In this document: piece by piece, positions 46,869-56,740 of the stretch | Position numbering within the stretch: the stretch's first letter is position 1 | How the letters are laid out: the number at the start of each line of letters is the position of its first letter | Assembly: GCA_016874535.1 (NCBI GenBank) | Contig: VGUA01000003.1 | Coordinates: 4,221 to 68,220, forward strand | Source of the DNA: Gammaproteobacteria bacterium | Lineage (GTDB): Bacteria; Pseudomonadota; Gammaproteobacteria; Ga0077536 | Length of the DNA: 64,000 nt | Direction: 5' to 3' | Made by a program: the position numbers and the translations under genes | The notes under the pieces: model-generated | The model's input: only the letters and a program-made list of their open reading frames with translations | What the model was told of the DNA's origin: nothing | Database searches by the model: none

Positions 46869-47245
46869 GAACTCAAAACATGCACCGCCTGATCCTGGGT
46901 TTTCTCGTGTGCGTTTGCTGCGCCTTGCCATGGCGCATGGCTGCTGCCCACGCCGTGGTCGTCAGCGCCCAGCCGGCCGCACGCAGCGTGATGCCGGCGG
47001 GAGAAGTCGCCGTTGATCTGGAATTCAACAGCCGTATCGACGCCACCCGCTCGCGACTTGCCGTCATTGATGGCGAAAACCGGAGCACCACCCTGGCGAT
47101 TGCGGAAGACGCGCCGGCGAACCGGATTCAAAGCCGCACACCCGCGCTGATACCGGGGAAGTACCTGCTGGAATGGTATGTACTGAGCACCGATGGCCAC
47201 ATCACCCGTGGGCGACTGAAATTTGAAGTGGCCACAACGGAGTGA
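46865..47245 (+). CDS. copC: CopC-domain periplasmic copper-binding protein
   Basis: ATG overlaps the transporter stop (ATGA). The signal peptide ends ...RMAAA/HAVVVSAQPA (N-terminal His after cleavage). Also YVLSTDGHITRG (DGH motif). No Met-rich Cu(I) site. Confidence 0.8.
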   Translation: MRTQNMHRLILGFLVCVCCALPWRMAAAHAVVVSAQPAARSVMPAGEVAVDLEFNSRIDATRSRLAVIDGENRSTTLAIAEDAPANRIQSRTPALIPGKYLLEWYVLSTDGHITRGRLKFEVATTE

Positions 47246-47252
47246 GGCGAGG

Positions 47253-48905
47253 ATGGATCTGCTGGTCGACCTGTTCGGTTTCCTGAGCGTCATCCTGCGC
47301 GGTTTTGCACTGGGGCTGGCGGCGATCACGGTGGGCGGCGTGGCATTCCGCTATGCCGTGCTTGCGCGCGCTTCCGGGTTTGCCTCATTTGATCAGGATT
47401 TGTTGCGTCGTCTGTGGAAGGTTGTGCAACTCACCGCGTTTGGTCTGCTGACGGCCGTGGCGCTGGGCAAGGCACTCGATTTGAGTGTACTCACCGGTAC
47501 CGTGGGCGTGCCGATGGCCAGCGCTCTCACTGCGCCCTTTGCGCTTGCAGGGATCGCCACCTGTGCGGGCGCATTGCTCTTGCTGCTGAGCGCCGATCCA
47601 CGTTGCCAACGCGGCTGGCTCGAAGGCTTGGCCGCGGTGATCATCCTGGCCGGCATCGTCGCGACCACCCATGCCACCGGGCGCATCGAAGCGCGCGGTT
47701 GGTTGTTGCTCGTCTCGGCGCTGCATCAGGCAGGGGGCGCGCTGTGGATTGGTGGCCTGCCTTTTTTCCTGATCGTTCTTGGTGCCTCGCTCGCACCGGG
47801 TGTACGGGCCGATCTGTCCGCGCGCTACTCGCGCCTGTGCGTACTAGCGGTGCTCGCCATCCTGCTGTCGGCAATCGCCAAGTACGATGCTTACCTGGGG
47901 GTGTTCGCGGCAAGCTACGGCACTGCCTATGGGCTGATGACCAGCACCAAGGCCGTGATGTTTCTGGCCTTGCTCGCCTTTGGCGCGGGCAACTTCTGGG
48001 CTGTGCGTCGCATGGCTGGCCCGCTCGATGCAGCTGCCACCCTGCGCACGCGTCGCTTCGTGGAAGTGGAGATTGCCGTGGGTATCGGGGTGTTCTTCGT
48101 GGCGGGCTCCCTGACCTCCCTGCCCCCCGCGATCGATCTGCCTGATGACCGCGTGGCCTGGAACACCATCGTCGAACGCGTGATCATTCCGCGCGCACCG
48201 CAACTGACCAGCCCGGATCACTCCGAGCTGTGGTACGAAACCGCGCAGGCGGAGCTGGACCGGGAAGCCGCGGCCGCCCGTGAGGACGCTGCGCGTGCCT
48301 TCGTGCCCGGCGCGGGCATCCTGTACGAGCGCAGCGCCGCCGACATGGCCTGGTCCGAATACAACCACAACTGGTCCGGCGTGTTCGTGCTGGCAATCGG
48401 CCTGCTTGCCCTGTTGGCCCGGCTGCCGGGTTTCGGCTTTGCCAGGCATTGGCCGATGATCTTCGTGATACTCGGGGTGTTCATCGCCATCCGTGCGGAT
48501 CCCGAGTCCTGGCCCCTGGGTGATGTGGGCTTCTTCGAGGCGTTTCGTGAACCGGGTGTGGTGCAGCACCGGCTCATGACTCTGCTGGTGATGGTCTTCG
48601 GTCTGTTCGAGTGGCGTGTGCGTACCGGCAATCTGGGTGACACGCGCGCAGCCTATGTATTCCCGGTCTCCAATATCGCGGGCGGGGTGATGATGCTCAC
48701 CCACAGTCATGTGCTGGAGAACATCCAGGAAGCGCTGCTCATCGAGATGAGTCACATTCCCATCGGCTTGCTCGCGTTGGTGGCGGGATCCGCTCGCTGG
48801 CTGGAATTGCGTGCAGCTTCGCCGGTCAGGGAGCGGGCCGGCTGGGTTTGGCCGCTGGCTTTCGTGGGTGTTGGTCTGGTGCTGATGCTCTACCGGGAGA
48901 GCTGA
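47253..48905 (+). CDS. copD: CopD-family membrane protein with extra C-terminal His-rich multi-TM module
   Basis: GAGGCGAGG RBS then ATG 47253. The N-terminal ~300 aa are CopD-like (8 TM). The C-terminal ~230 aa add more TM helices with YNHNWSG, THSH and MSHIP. Confidence 0.7.
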   Translation: MDLLVDLFGFLSVILRGFALGLAAITVGGVAFRYAVLARASGFASFDQDLLRRLWKVVQLTAFGLLTAVALGKALDLSVLTGTVGVPMASALTAPFALAGIATCAGALLLLLSADPRCQRGWLEGLAAVIILAGIVATTHATGRIEARGWLLLVSALHQAGGALWIGGLPFFLIVLGASLAPGVRADLSARYSRLCVLAVLAILLSAIAKYDAYLGVFAASYGTAYGLMTSTKAVMFLALLAFGAGNFWAVRRMAGPLDAAATLRTRRFVEVEIAVGIGVFFVAGSLTSLPPAIDLPDDRVAWNTIVERVIIPRAPQLTSPDHSELWYETAQAELDREAAAAREDAARAFVPGAGILYERSAADMAWSEYNHNWSGVFVLAIGLLALLARLPGFGFARHWPMIFVILGVFIAIRADPESWPLGDVGFFEAFREPGVVQHRLMTLLVMVFGLFEWRVRTGNLGDTRAAYVFPVSNIAGGVMMLTHSHVLENIQEALLIEMSHIPIGLLALVAGSARWLELRAASPVRERAGWVWPLAFVGVGLVLMLYRES

Positions 48906-49008
48906 GACCGCACGGCGCTGGCGCTATTCCTGCGTGAATGCGATAGGCCCCCCGGGAATAATCGGGGAAAATGGTGGGGTTTTTTTACCCCAAGCCCCAT
49001 CCGCCGTC

Positions 49009-49686
49009 ATGCCCACAGGACACAAAATCACCCGGCAGCCTACGCGTCGCAAAGCCTTGCTGGTCGCCGAGTCTGCCGCCGCCGGCAGGCTGTTGTCGGC
49101 CGCACTGACCCGCTTGGGTAGCCAGTGGGAAGGTGTGATCTGTCGCAACGGTCGGCGGGCCATACAGCTCATCCGCGAGGAGGGCCGGGACTACGATTTT
49201 GCCGTGGTGGGCATGGCTCTCAGCGACATCAAGGGCCTCGATGTCCTCAAGGCCTGGATGAAAGCCGCACCGCAATCCCCGGTTCTGGTGCTTTCCTCGT
49301 CGCGGGAGGAGCGCACGGTGCTGGCGGCCATTCGCAATGGTGCGCGGGGCTATCTGCTGGAGCCGGAGAACGATCGGCTGCTGACGGAATCCTTCCGGGA
49401 ATTGCTCGCCGGGCACTATCCCATCAGCCCGGAACTCTCCCACACTCTGTTCCGCCTGGCGGGTGCTCCGCCGACAAGGGTGAACAGCGGGGGCTTCAGG
49501 CTCACTCCCCGGGAATACGAGACCCTGCGCCACCTCTCCAGAGGACTCACTTACGAGGCCGTGGCCAAGACGATGAACATCACGCTTTCCACAGTGCAGA
49601 CCAACGTCCGCCATCTCTACCGCAAGCTCGATGCACACTCCCAGATGCAGGCTGTGAACAAGGCTCGCGCACACGGCCTGATCTGA
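49009..49686 (+). CDS. LuxR/NarL-family response-regulator paralogue with degenerate (pseudo-)receiver domain
   Basis: The C-terminal HTH LTPREYETLRHLSRGLTYEAVAKTMNITLSTVQTNVRHLYRKL is intact. The receiver has VAES in place of the acidic pair, G in place of the phospho-acceptor Asp (AVVGMALSD) and E in place of the conserved Lys (YLLE). Confidence 0.8.
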   Translation: MPTGHKITRQPTRRKALLVAESAAAGRLLSAALTRLGSQWEGVICRNGRRAIQLIREEGRDYDFAVVGMALSDIKGLDVLKAWMKAAPQSPVLVLSSSREERTVLAAIRNGARGYLLEPENDRLLTESFRELLAGHYPISPELSHTLFRLAGAPPTRVNSGGFRLTPREYETLRHLSRGLTYEAVAKTMNITLSTVQTNVRHLYRKLDAHSQMQAVNKARAHGLI

Positions 49687-49755
49687 CTCACACCACCGGG
49701 CACACCCATGACCATGGGATGCCAAACCCCCAACAAGGAAAGTAGGCTGAAAATC

Positions 49756-50463
49756 ATGAGTGCTGCCGCATCAATTCCACGAACCCGCGAACGCCGCGTC
49801 TTGCTGGTGGAGGACAACACCCTGTTCCAGACGCTCGTGCTGGGCGCGGTCAGCAAGCTGGGGCGGGGCTGGGAGGTTGTGGCCTGCCAGCGTGGCCGCG
49901 AGGCACTTGAACTGCTGCAGGGCAAGGAGTCTCACTTCGATCTGGCCCTGATCGATCTCGGCCTGCCCGACATCAGCGGCGTGGAGGTCATCCATGCAGC
50001 CCGCGAGAGCGACCCCGAACTGCCGATCATGGTGATCTCCGTCATCTCGGCAGAGACCAGCGTGCTTGCGGCCATCAGGGCCGGCGCGCGCGGCTACATT
50101 CTCAAATCAGATTCCGAATCCGCGATGGCCGAAGCCATCAGTCAGGTGCTGGAAGGCAATTACCCCATCAGCCCGGCCCTCGCGCGCACACTTTTTCGCC
50201 TGGCCGGTTCACCCGCGGAAGGCTCCGTGGAGAACACCTTCGGGCTCACGCCAAGAGAGCTGGAAACGCTGCGCAATCTCGCCAAGGGAAACTCCTACGA
50301 CGAAGTGGCGCGAATGATGGGAATTTCACTGTCGACGGTGCAGACCAATGTGCGGAATCTCTACCGCAAGCTCGATGCCCACTCCCAGCTGCAGGCTGTG
50401 AACAAGGCCCGGGACCACGGGCTGCTCTGCTTCAGGCCGCCTGCAGCCTCGCGGGCAGGGTGA
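49756..50463 (+). CDS. LuxR/NarL-family response regulator (canonical receiver)
   Basis: LLVEDN, LALIDLGLPD (Asp), VISVIS, YILK (Lys). HTH LTPRELETLRNLAKGNSYDEVARMMGISLSTVQTNVRNLYRKL. Confidence 0.85.
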   Translation: MSAAASIPRTRERRVLLVEDNTLFQTLVLGAVSKLGRGWEVVACQRGREALELLQGKESHFDLALIDLGLPDISGVEVIHAARESDPELPIMVISVISAETSVLAAIRAGARGYILKSDSESAMAEAISQVLEGNYPISPALARTLFRLAGSPAEGSVENTFGLTPRELETLRNLAKGNSYDEVARMMGISLSTVQTNVRNLYRKLDAHSQLQAVNKARDHGLLCFRPPAASRAG

Positions 50464-52015
50464 GCTTGACCACGGTTCCACCTGTTTCATTACCGCTTAT
50501 CTGGAGTGAAGCGCCCAGTTCGCGCGCCCTCCCCTGCATGTTGAGCATGCCGCGCCCGGGCGTCATCTCAGTAGGCATACCTGCCCCGTCATCCTTGATG
50601 GTGACGACAAGACCGAGCTGCGGGTGCCATAAGGCCGAGATCCAGACCCGACTTGCCCGCGCATGACGCAGGGCATTGTTGAGTGCTTCCTGCACGATAC
50701 GCAGCAGCCGCAGCGACTCATCCGGAGAGAATGGCGGAGCACCGTCCAGTGCCAGCTCCCAGTGCACGGCTGTCGCCGAGTCAAAGAGTCTCCGTTGGGT
50801 GCGGAAACGGAAGTCGGTGAGGGCATCGGCGAGAGAGACATCCTGCTGGCCGAGGGTATCCACCACGAGATGCAGATCCGCCATGCACTCCTGGAGGATT
50901 TCGCTCATGCGCGCCGGGTCCATCTGGCCTTGTTCGGCCTGCAGGCGCGCGGTGGTGAGCTGTGAGCCGAAACCGTCGTGCACATCCTGCAAGAGACGGG
51001 TGCGCTCCTCCACGCGGGTTTTCTCCACCTCCAGTCTGGTCAGGCGCTCGTGCAGGCGAATGAGCTCCTCCTCCGCGTGCTTGTTGGCCGTGATGTCGAT
51101 CATCACACCTTCCCAGGCATGGCCACCCTCTGCCAAAGCACGAGGCACGGATTCAACCTCCAGCCATCGCACCTCGTCACGCACGAGAATACGTCCTACC
51201 CAGTGGAAAGGTGTCATGTTGCGGAAGACTTCCCGGTTGAGCTCGACGAACTGCGCGTAGTCGTCGGGGTGGGCGCGGATCCATGCGTTTTCGGGATCTG
51301 CCATCACGGCTTCCCGCTCGACATCGAGCATCGTCAGCCAGCGGTCGCTGACGAAGGTGAAGCGGGGAATGCCTTCCCGATTGGTGGACAGCACGTAAGT
51401 GCCAACGGGAATGCTTCCGGTCAGTTGCAGTGCGGTCTGTTCCAGGCGCGCAATCTCGCGCAACGAAGCGCGCGCGGCATCCCGCGCCTCGGCGAGTTCG
51501 CGGGTGCGCAGGCTGAGCAGCAGGATGACCAGCAGGGTGGTGGCCAGCAGGGTCGCGTAGATGAAGATCTGGACGATGTTGCGCTGGATGAGGCCGCGCA
51601 CAACCTCCCGATCGCTGTGAATCATCAGGGTGGCCAGCAGGTGGCCCTGATCATGGATGGCATGGGCGTGAGGCAGAAGCCTTGGCATGAACAGTGCCCA
51701 AGGGCCCGTGTCCTGCGGGGAAATTTCGCCGACGCTCAAGACCGCATCACCGGCTGGGCTCGTAATCTCCACGGCTTCGATCAGATAGCCCGCGACCAAG
51801 CCTGCAGCGAGACGCTCGAGCTCCAGTGACTCGCCTTCAGTCAATGCGTGCGCGAGCAGCGGTTCGAAGGACACTCCGAAATCATCGGCGTTGCGCGCCA
51901 GTTCACCCTGGATGAGATGCCGCTCGTAAGAGGAGCCGATGAGCAGCGCCAGCATCAGGATTCCCGCGTAGCCCGCAAGAATACGGCCGTAGTACTGGCG
52001 CAAAAGCTCGCGCAT
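50432..52015 (-). CDS. membrane sensor histidine kinase (PAS plus HisKA_3 plus HATPase_c, NarX/LiaS class)
   Basis: Two TM helices flank a ~130-aa periplasmic segment. A PAS-like region follows, then H-box LQDVHDGFGSQL, N-box EALNNALRHA, DDGAGM and GRGMLNMQGRARELG. Confidence 0.85.
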   Translation of the reverse strand: MRELLRQYYGRILAGYAGILMLALLIGSSYERHLIQGELARNADDFGVSFEPLLAHALTEGESLELERLAAGLVAGYLIEAVEITSPAGDAVLSVGEISPQDTGPWALFMPRLLPHAHAIHDQGHLLATLMIHSDREVVRGLIQRNIVQIFIYATLLATTLLVILLLSLRTRELAEARDAARASLREIARLEQTALQLTGSIPVGTYVLSTNREGIPRFTFVSDRWLTMLDVEREAVMADPENAWIRAHPDDYAQFVELNREVFRNMTPFHWVGRILVRDEVRWLEVESVPRALAEGGHAWEGVMIDITANKHAEEELIRLHERLTRLEVEKTRVEERTRLLQDVHDGFGSQLTTARLQAEQGQMDPARMSEILQECMADLHLVVDTLGQQDVSLADALTDFRFRTQRRLFDSATAVHWELALDGAPPFSPDESLRLLRIVQEALNNALRHARASRVWISALWHPQLGLVVTIKDDGAGMPTEMTPGRGMLNMQGRARELGASLQISGNETGGTVVKLTLPARLQAA

Positions 52016-52022
52016 GTGCGGA

Positions 52023-52937
52023 CTACCCCGTGAGGCGGGTCAATGCCTCAAGGTATTTCCCGGCAGTCTGCGCGATGATCTCCGATGGCAGACGCGGCCC
52101 GGGAGGACGCTTGTCCCAGGTGAGGGTCTCGAGGTAGTCACGTACGAATTGCTTGTCAAAGCTTGGCGGGCTCATGCCCGCCTGATATTGGTCTGCTGGC
52201 CAGAAGCGTGACGAATCCGGTGTCAGCGCCTCATCGATCAAGACCACCCGCCCGGTTTCATCGGTCCCGAATTCGAACTTCGTATCCGCGATGATGATCC
52301 CGCGGGTCCGCGCATAGTCCGCCGCCTCGGTGTAAAGCTTGATGGCGAGACGCTTTACCTCTGCCGCATGCGCGACGCCGAGGATGTCCTCGGCGGTTGC
52401 ATAGTCGATGTTCTCATCGTGCTCGCCCGCCGCAGCCTTGGTGGAGGGTGTGAACAGGGCTTGGGGGAGCTTCTCCGCCTGGCGCAGGTTGGACGGAAGA
52501 GGGATGCCGCAGACCCCACCGGTGCGGGTGTATTCCTTCCAGCCGGAGCCGATGAGATATCCACGCACCACCGCCTCCACCACCAAGGGCTTCAGCCTGC
52601 GGACCACCACGGCACGGCCAGCCACCTGTGCGCGTTCGGCCGGATCCGGCAGGACCTCCTCCAAGGACAGCGTGGCAAGGTGGTTGGGCACCTCGCCACG
52701 AAAACGCTCGAACCAGAAGTTGGACATGGCTGTGAGTATCGCGCCCTTGCCGGGAATCGGATCCGGCAGCACCACGTCGAAGGCGGAGAGTCGATCGGTC
52801 GCAACCAGCAGGAGATGGTCGTCGCCCACGGCATAGATGTCGCGCACCTTGCCACGTGCAAGCAGCGGCAGGCTCTTGAGAGAGCTCTCGAAGAGGGCGG
52901 TTGAGAGCAGGGCGGGATCGAGCATCGTCATCTTCAA
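52023..52937 (-). CDS. purC: phosphoribosylaminoimidazole-succinocarboxamide synthase
   Basis: [39 protein letters not shown]...; 304-aa long form. Confidence 0.9.
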   Translation of the reverse strand: MKMTMLDPALLSTALFESSLKSLPLLARGKVRDIYAVGDDHLLLVATDRLSAFDVVLPDPIPGKGAILTAMSNFWFERFRGEVPNHLATLSLEEVLPDPAERAQVAGRAVVVRRLKPLVVEAVVRGYLIGSGWKEYTRTGGVCGIPLPSNLRQAEKLPQALFTPSTKAAAGEHDENIDYATAEDILGVAHAAEVKRLAIKLYTEAADYARTRGIIIADTKFEFGTDETGRVVLIDEALTPDSSRFWPADQYQAGMSPPSFDKQFVRDYLETLTWDKRPPGPRLPSEIIAQTAGKYLEALTRLTG

Positions 52938-54172
52938 TTTTTCCGGGTCAGAGGGCTGTTGGACGGGCCTGGTCGTGCAATCAAGGGCAGATCACCACGC
53001 TGACCCATGGCTTCGGCGATGAGCCGCCGCTTGAGGGGCGCCCAGCGCTCGACACAGGCAAGGCCCGCTCGCCGCAAGCCGATGACGGGCGCTTCCCTGC
53101 GCGCGAACAGCCGGTTGATCTGATCGGTCACGGCAAGCATGGCGAGGTTACCGCCACGACGAGCACGGGAATAGCGCGCGAGCAGCGATTGAGGGTGTTG
53201 CAGGGCGGCGGCTGAGGCGGAACCAAGTTCCTCGGCGATTGCAGCAGCATCGAGCAGACCCAGGTTGAGCCCCTGTCCAGCCAGCGGATGCACGACGTGT
53301 GCGGCGTCTCCAATCAGCGCAAGGCGTCCGGCCGCATAGTGGCGGGCGTGCCTGCGCGTGAGCGGGAAAGCGAGCCGCCGGCTTGTCACCAGCACCTCAC
53401 CGAGCCAAGCGTCGGCGGCTTGGGTCAGAGCCAGTCTGAAAGCCTCGTCTTCGCAGCTCTCGGCCCAGGCGGCCTGTTCGGGCGTGGTGCTCCACACCAC
53501 CGCGACCTCATCGGCACTGGGCAAGGGCAACAAGGCGAGCGGCCCCTCCGGCAGAAAGCGCTGGCGTGCGATACCACCATGAGGCAACTGGGTGCGGATA
53601 TTCGCGACGACCGCGCGCTGGTGATAGTCGTGCTCTTCACTCGCAATGCCCGCGAGCGCCCGCAGTGGAGAATCGCGGCCATCACAGGCCAGCACCACGC
53701 GCGCGCGCAGCTCGCGCCGGTCGCCCAGATGAAGACGCACGTCTTCCGTGCCGGTGGTCATGCCGAGCACCTGTGCCGCCAGATCGGACACCCGGGCCTG
53801 TCGCGCCAACTGCCGGTGACAGGCCGTCATCAGATTGGACTGTTCCACGAGGTAAGCGAGTGGCTGGTTGCCGGCACTCGCTTTGTCGAAGCAGAGTCTG
53901 GCCGGGCTCGCCGCGTCCCGGATTTCCATGCCCTCGAAGGTCGCGATGCGCGCCGCGTCCAGAGCTTCCCAGATTCCGCAATGACCGAGGATGCGGCGGC
54001 TGGCCGGCGTCAGCGCGAAGCTGCGCAGATCCCAAGGCCCATCATGCGCCGGCAGATGCGTGAGGGAATCAACCAGAGTCACTTCGCGACCGGCAGTGGC
54101 AAGCAGTGACGCCGTGATCATCCCGACCAGACCACCGCCCACCACCGCAACTTCTGTGGTCGCCACGCTCAT
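52934..54172 (-). CDS. ubiI: UbiH/UbiF/VisC/COQ6-family FAD-dependent ubiquinone-biosynthesis hydroxylase
   Basis: [18 protein letters not shown] (Rossmann), [18 protein letters not shown]. The symbol is assigned by synteny only (the gene after ubiH, as with E. coli visC/ubiI). Confidence 0.75.
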   Translation of the reverse strand: MSVATTEVAVVGGGLVGMITASLLATAGREVTLVDSLTHLPAHDGPWDLRSFALTPASRRILGHCGIWEALDAARIATFEGMEIRDAASPARLCFDKASAGNQPLAYLVEQSNLMTACHRQLARQARVSDLAAQVLGMTTGTEDVRLHLGDRRELRARVVLACDGRDSPLRALAGIASEEHDYHQRAVVANIRTQLPHGGIARQRFLPEGPLALLPLPSADEVAVVWSTTPEQAAWAESCEDEAFRLALTQAADAWLGEVLVTSRRLAFPLTRRHARHYAAGRLALIGDAAHVVHPLAGQGLNLGLLDAAAIAEELGSASAAALQHPQSLLARYSRARRGGNLAMLAVTDQINRLFARREAPVIGLRRAGLACVERWAPLKRRLIAEAMGQRGDLPLIARPGPSNSPLTRKN

Positions 54173-55440
54173 CTTGGCATGCCGGGATGTTCCGTCGCCG
54201 CGGATTGGCCGCCGAGCACCAGAGCCTGCATGGCTCGTCGTTTGAAAACCGGCAGTCGGTCCGCCATCAGGAGTCCCAGGCTGCGCAGACCTGCTGCGGT
54301 TGGTATTTCCAGCGCAAAACCGCGCGCCATGGCATCGGTGAGGCGGAAGGTGCGGGCATGGTCCGCATCCCGCGCCTCGGCAAAACGCGCGAGCAATTGC
54401 GGGTCGCCCGGATCCTCTCCTCCATGCAGAGCCTCACCGAGCAAGCTCACCGCCTCGTCCACATCGCGCAAGCCGAGATTGAGTCCTTGTGCACCGTTGG
54501 GGTGGACCGTGGTGGCGGCGTTGCCGAGCAACAAGCGCCTGCCTGCCACGCGGCGCGCGACACGCAGTCCCAGCAGCGGCCAGGCGCGCCTTGCACCCGG
54601 CCGTGACAGCGTTCCCAGGCGATAGCCGAAGCGTCGCTGCGCGTCGGCCAGATACTCCGCATTGCCGAGGGCGAGGAGTCCGGCGACGTCCGCCGTGCGT
54701 GCGGCGCGGACCATCACGTAGCGACGTCCGCCCACGGGCAGAAAAGCCATGGGACCTTGGGTGGTGAAGCGCTCGAAAGCCGTGGCCGGCGCCGGCCGAC
54801 TCACGTCCACATTGCAGACGATGGCGGTTTGTCCGTAGTCGTGACGGACGGCCTCGATGCCAGCTTGCATGCGCACGGTGGATTCCGTGCCATCAGCACC
54901 CACCAGCAGGGCGGCCGTGAGCGTATGACCATTCTCTGCCGCATTCGCATTCACGGAGCCGGTCGCCGGACACAAGCTCACCTGCAGGAGATCCTCGTTC
55001 ACATGACTGGCCTCGATCCCGGTGTTCCAGAGGATGCGGACCTTGGGCGAGGCGATGAGGCGCTCGAGTATCACCTGCTGCAGGCGGTCGGCCGGGCATA
55101 CGTGGCCCAGTTCAGGCAGGTCGAGATCCGCATGGGAAAGACGCAAGGCGCCGAAGTGTCCCTGCTGGGTCACGTGGATGTGTCGGACCGGACAAGCCTG
55201 GGCCGCGATCCCTTCCCACACGCCGAGAGTTTGAAGGATTTCCGTCGAGCGAAGATTGAGCGCGAGTCCGCGAGGATCCGAAGCGAGTCCGGTGGGTGCT
55301 GCACCACGCTCACAGACCACCACCTGCAGACCCGCTTGCGCCAGGCCTATCCCCAGTGCCGCACCCACCAGGCCGGCACCGGCGATCACCACATCACAAT
55401 CACGCTGCACTGGCCTGCCGCATGGTGAGTTCGATTTCAT
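54169..55440 (-). CDS. ubiH: 2-octaprenyl-6-methoxyphenol hydroxylase-like FAD monooxygenase
   Basis: DVVIAGAGLVGAALGIGLA, GNAATTVHPNGAQGLNLG. It follows pepP as in E. coli. Start is 55440, or GTG 55410; both overlap the pepP 3' end. Confidence 0.78.
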   Translation of the reverse strand: MKSNSPCGRPVQRDCDVVIAGAGLVGAALGIGLAQAGLQVVVCERGAAPTGLASDPRGLALNLRSTEILQTLGVWEGIAAQACPVRHIHVTQQGHFGALRLSHADLDLPELGHVCPADRLQQVILERLIASPKVRILWNTGIEASHVNEDLLQVSLCPATGSVNANAAENGHTLTAALLVGADGTESTVRMQAGIEAVRHDYGQTAIVCNVDVSRPAPATAFERFTTQGPMAFLPVGGRRYVMVRAARTADVAGLLALGNAEYLADAQRRFGYRLGTLSRPGARRAWPLLGLRVARRVAGRRLLLGNAATTVHPNGAQGLNLGLRDVDEAVSLLGEALHGGEDPGDPQLLARFAEARDADHARTFRLTDAMARGFALEIPTAAGLRSLGLLMADRLPVFKRRAMQALVLGGQSAATEHPGMPR

Positions 55441-56719
55441 CTATGGTCTTGGGTGCGCCGGCGCTCAGCACCTCATGCCCGTCGCCCGTCACCAGCACGT
55501 CATCCTCGATGCGGATGCCGATGTTCCACCAGCGCTTGGCGAGACCCTTCAAAGTGGGCGACAGATAAAGGCCGGGTTCCACGGTGGTGACCATGCCGGG
55601 TTCGAAGGTGCGCCATTCATCACCCACCTTGTAGTCACCCACATCATGGACGTCCATGCCGAGCCAGTGTCCGGTGCGGTGCATGTAATAGGGGCGGTAT
55701 GCGCCTTCCTTCACCAGGGTGCGCCAGCGCCCCTTCAGGATGCCGACATCGATGAGCCCCTTGGTGATCACTTCCACTGCCGCCTGGTGCGGATCATCCC
55801 AGCCATTGCCAGGACGCACGGCGGCAATCGCGGCCTGCTGCGCCTCCAGCACGATTTCGTAGATCGCCTGCTGCTCGGGCGTGAAGCGCCCGTTCACGGG
55901 AAAGGTGCGGGTGACATCACTGGCATAGCTGTCGAGCTCGGCGCCGGCATCGATCAGCAGCAGATCACCATCCTTGAGGGGCTCGGTGTTCTCCGTGTAG
56001 TGGAGAATGCAGGTGTTCGCACCGCCACCCACGATGCAGGGATAGGCGGGAGAGCGAGCGCCCTGCTGGATGAAGCTGTGCAGCAGCTCGGCTTCGATTT
56101 GGTACTCATACATTCCGGGCTGGCAGGCCTCCATCGCGCGCCGATGCGCGACCGCGGCAATCTGTGCCGCCCGGCGCATGATCTTGATCTCCTCACGGCT
56201 CTTGTAGAGACGCATCTCGTGCACGTAGTGCGCGAGAGAGTTGAACTGATCAGGCGTGTGCACCCCGGCGCGGCCCTTGCTCGAGACACGGTTCAGCCAG
56301 CCCATGAGCCGCTGGTCGAAATCGAGATAGCGCCCCATGGTGTAGTAGATGCGTTCCTTGTTCTCGAGCAGCCCGGGCAGGATGTCGTCGAGATCGGAAA
56401 TCGGGAAAGCATCGTCTGCGCCGTAGAGCTCGCATGCGCCTTCCAGCCCGAACCTGCGGCCATGCCAAGTCTCCGCCTCGGGATCCTTCTCGCGACAGAA
56501 CAGGATGCATTCGCCCTGCGGGCGATCCGGGACCATGACCAGAACAGCTTCCGGTTCGGGAAAGCCGGTGAGGTAATGAAAATCGCTGTCTGGCCGGAAG
56601 GGATAGTAGACGTCGCGGTTGCGAATCCGCTCAGGGGCGGTCGGCTGGATCGCGATGCCGCCAGTGTCGACCATGTCCATCAGTCGCTTGCGGCGGCGGG
56701 CGTACTCTCGCTTGTCCAT
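55400..56719 (-). CDS. pepP: Xaa-Pro aminopeptidase
   Basis: ...YPFRPDSDFHYLTGFPEPEAVLV..., DGDLLLIDAG, HRTGHWLGMDVHD, GMVTTVEPGLY; 439 aa. Confidence 0.9.
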   Translation of the reverse strand: MDKREYARRRKRLMDMVDTGGIAIQPTAPERIRNRDVYYPFRPDSDFHYLTGFPEPEAVLVMVPDRPQGECILFCREKDPEAETWHGRRFGLEGACELYGADDAFPISDLDDILPGLLENKERIYYTMGRYLDFDQRLMGWLNRVSSKGRAGVHTPDQFNSLAHYVHEMRLYKSREEIKIMRRAAQIAAVAHRRAMEACQPGMYEYQIEAELLHSFIQQGARSPAYPCIVGGGANTCILHYTENTEPLKDGDLLLIDAGAELDSYASDVTRTFPVNGRFTPEQQAIYEIVLEAQQAAIAAVRPGNGWDDPHQAAVEVITKGLIDVGILKGRWRTLVKEGAYRPYYMHRTGHWLGMDVHDVGDYKVGDEWRTFEPGMVTTVEPGLYLSPTLKGLAKRWWNIGIRIEDDVLVTGDGHEVLSAGAPKTIDEIELTMRQASAA

Positions 56720-56740
56720 GCGTGGCGGTGGGGGGCGGCC

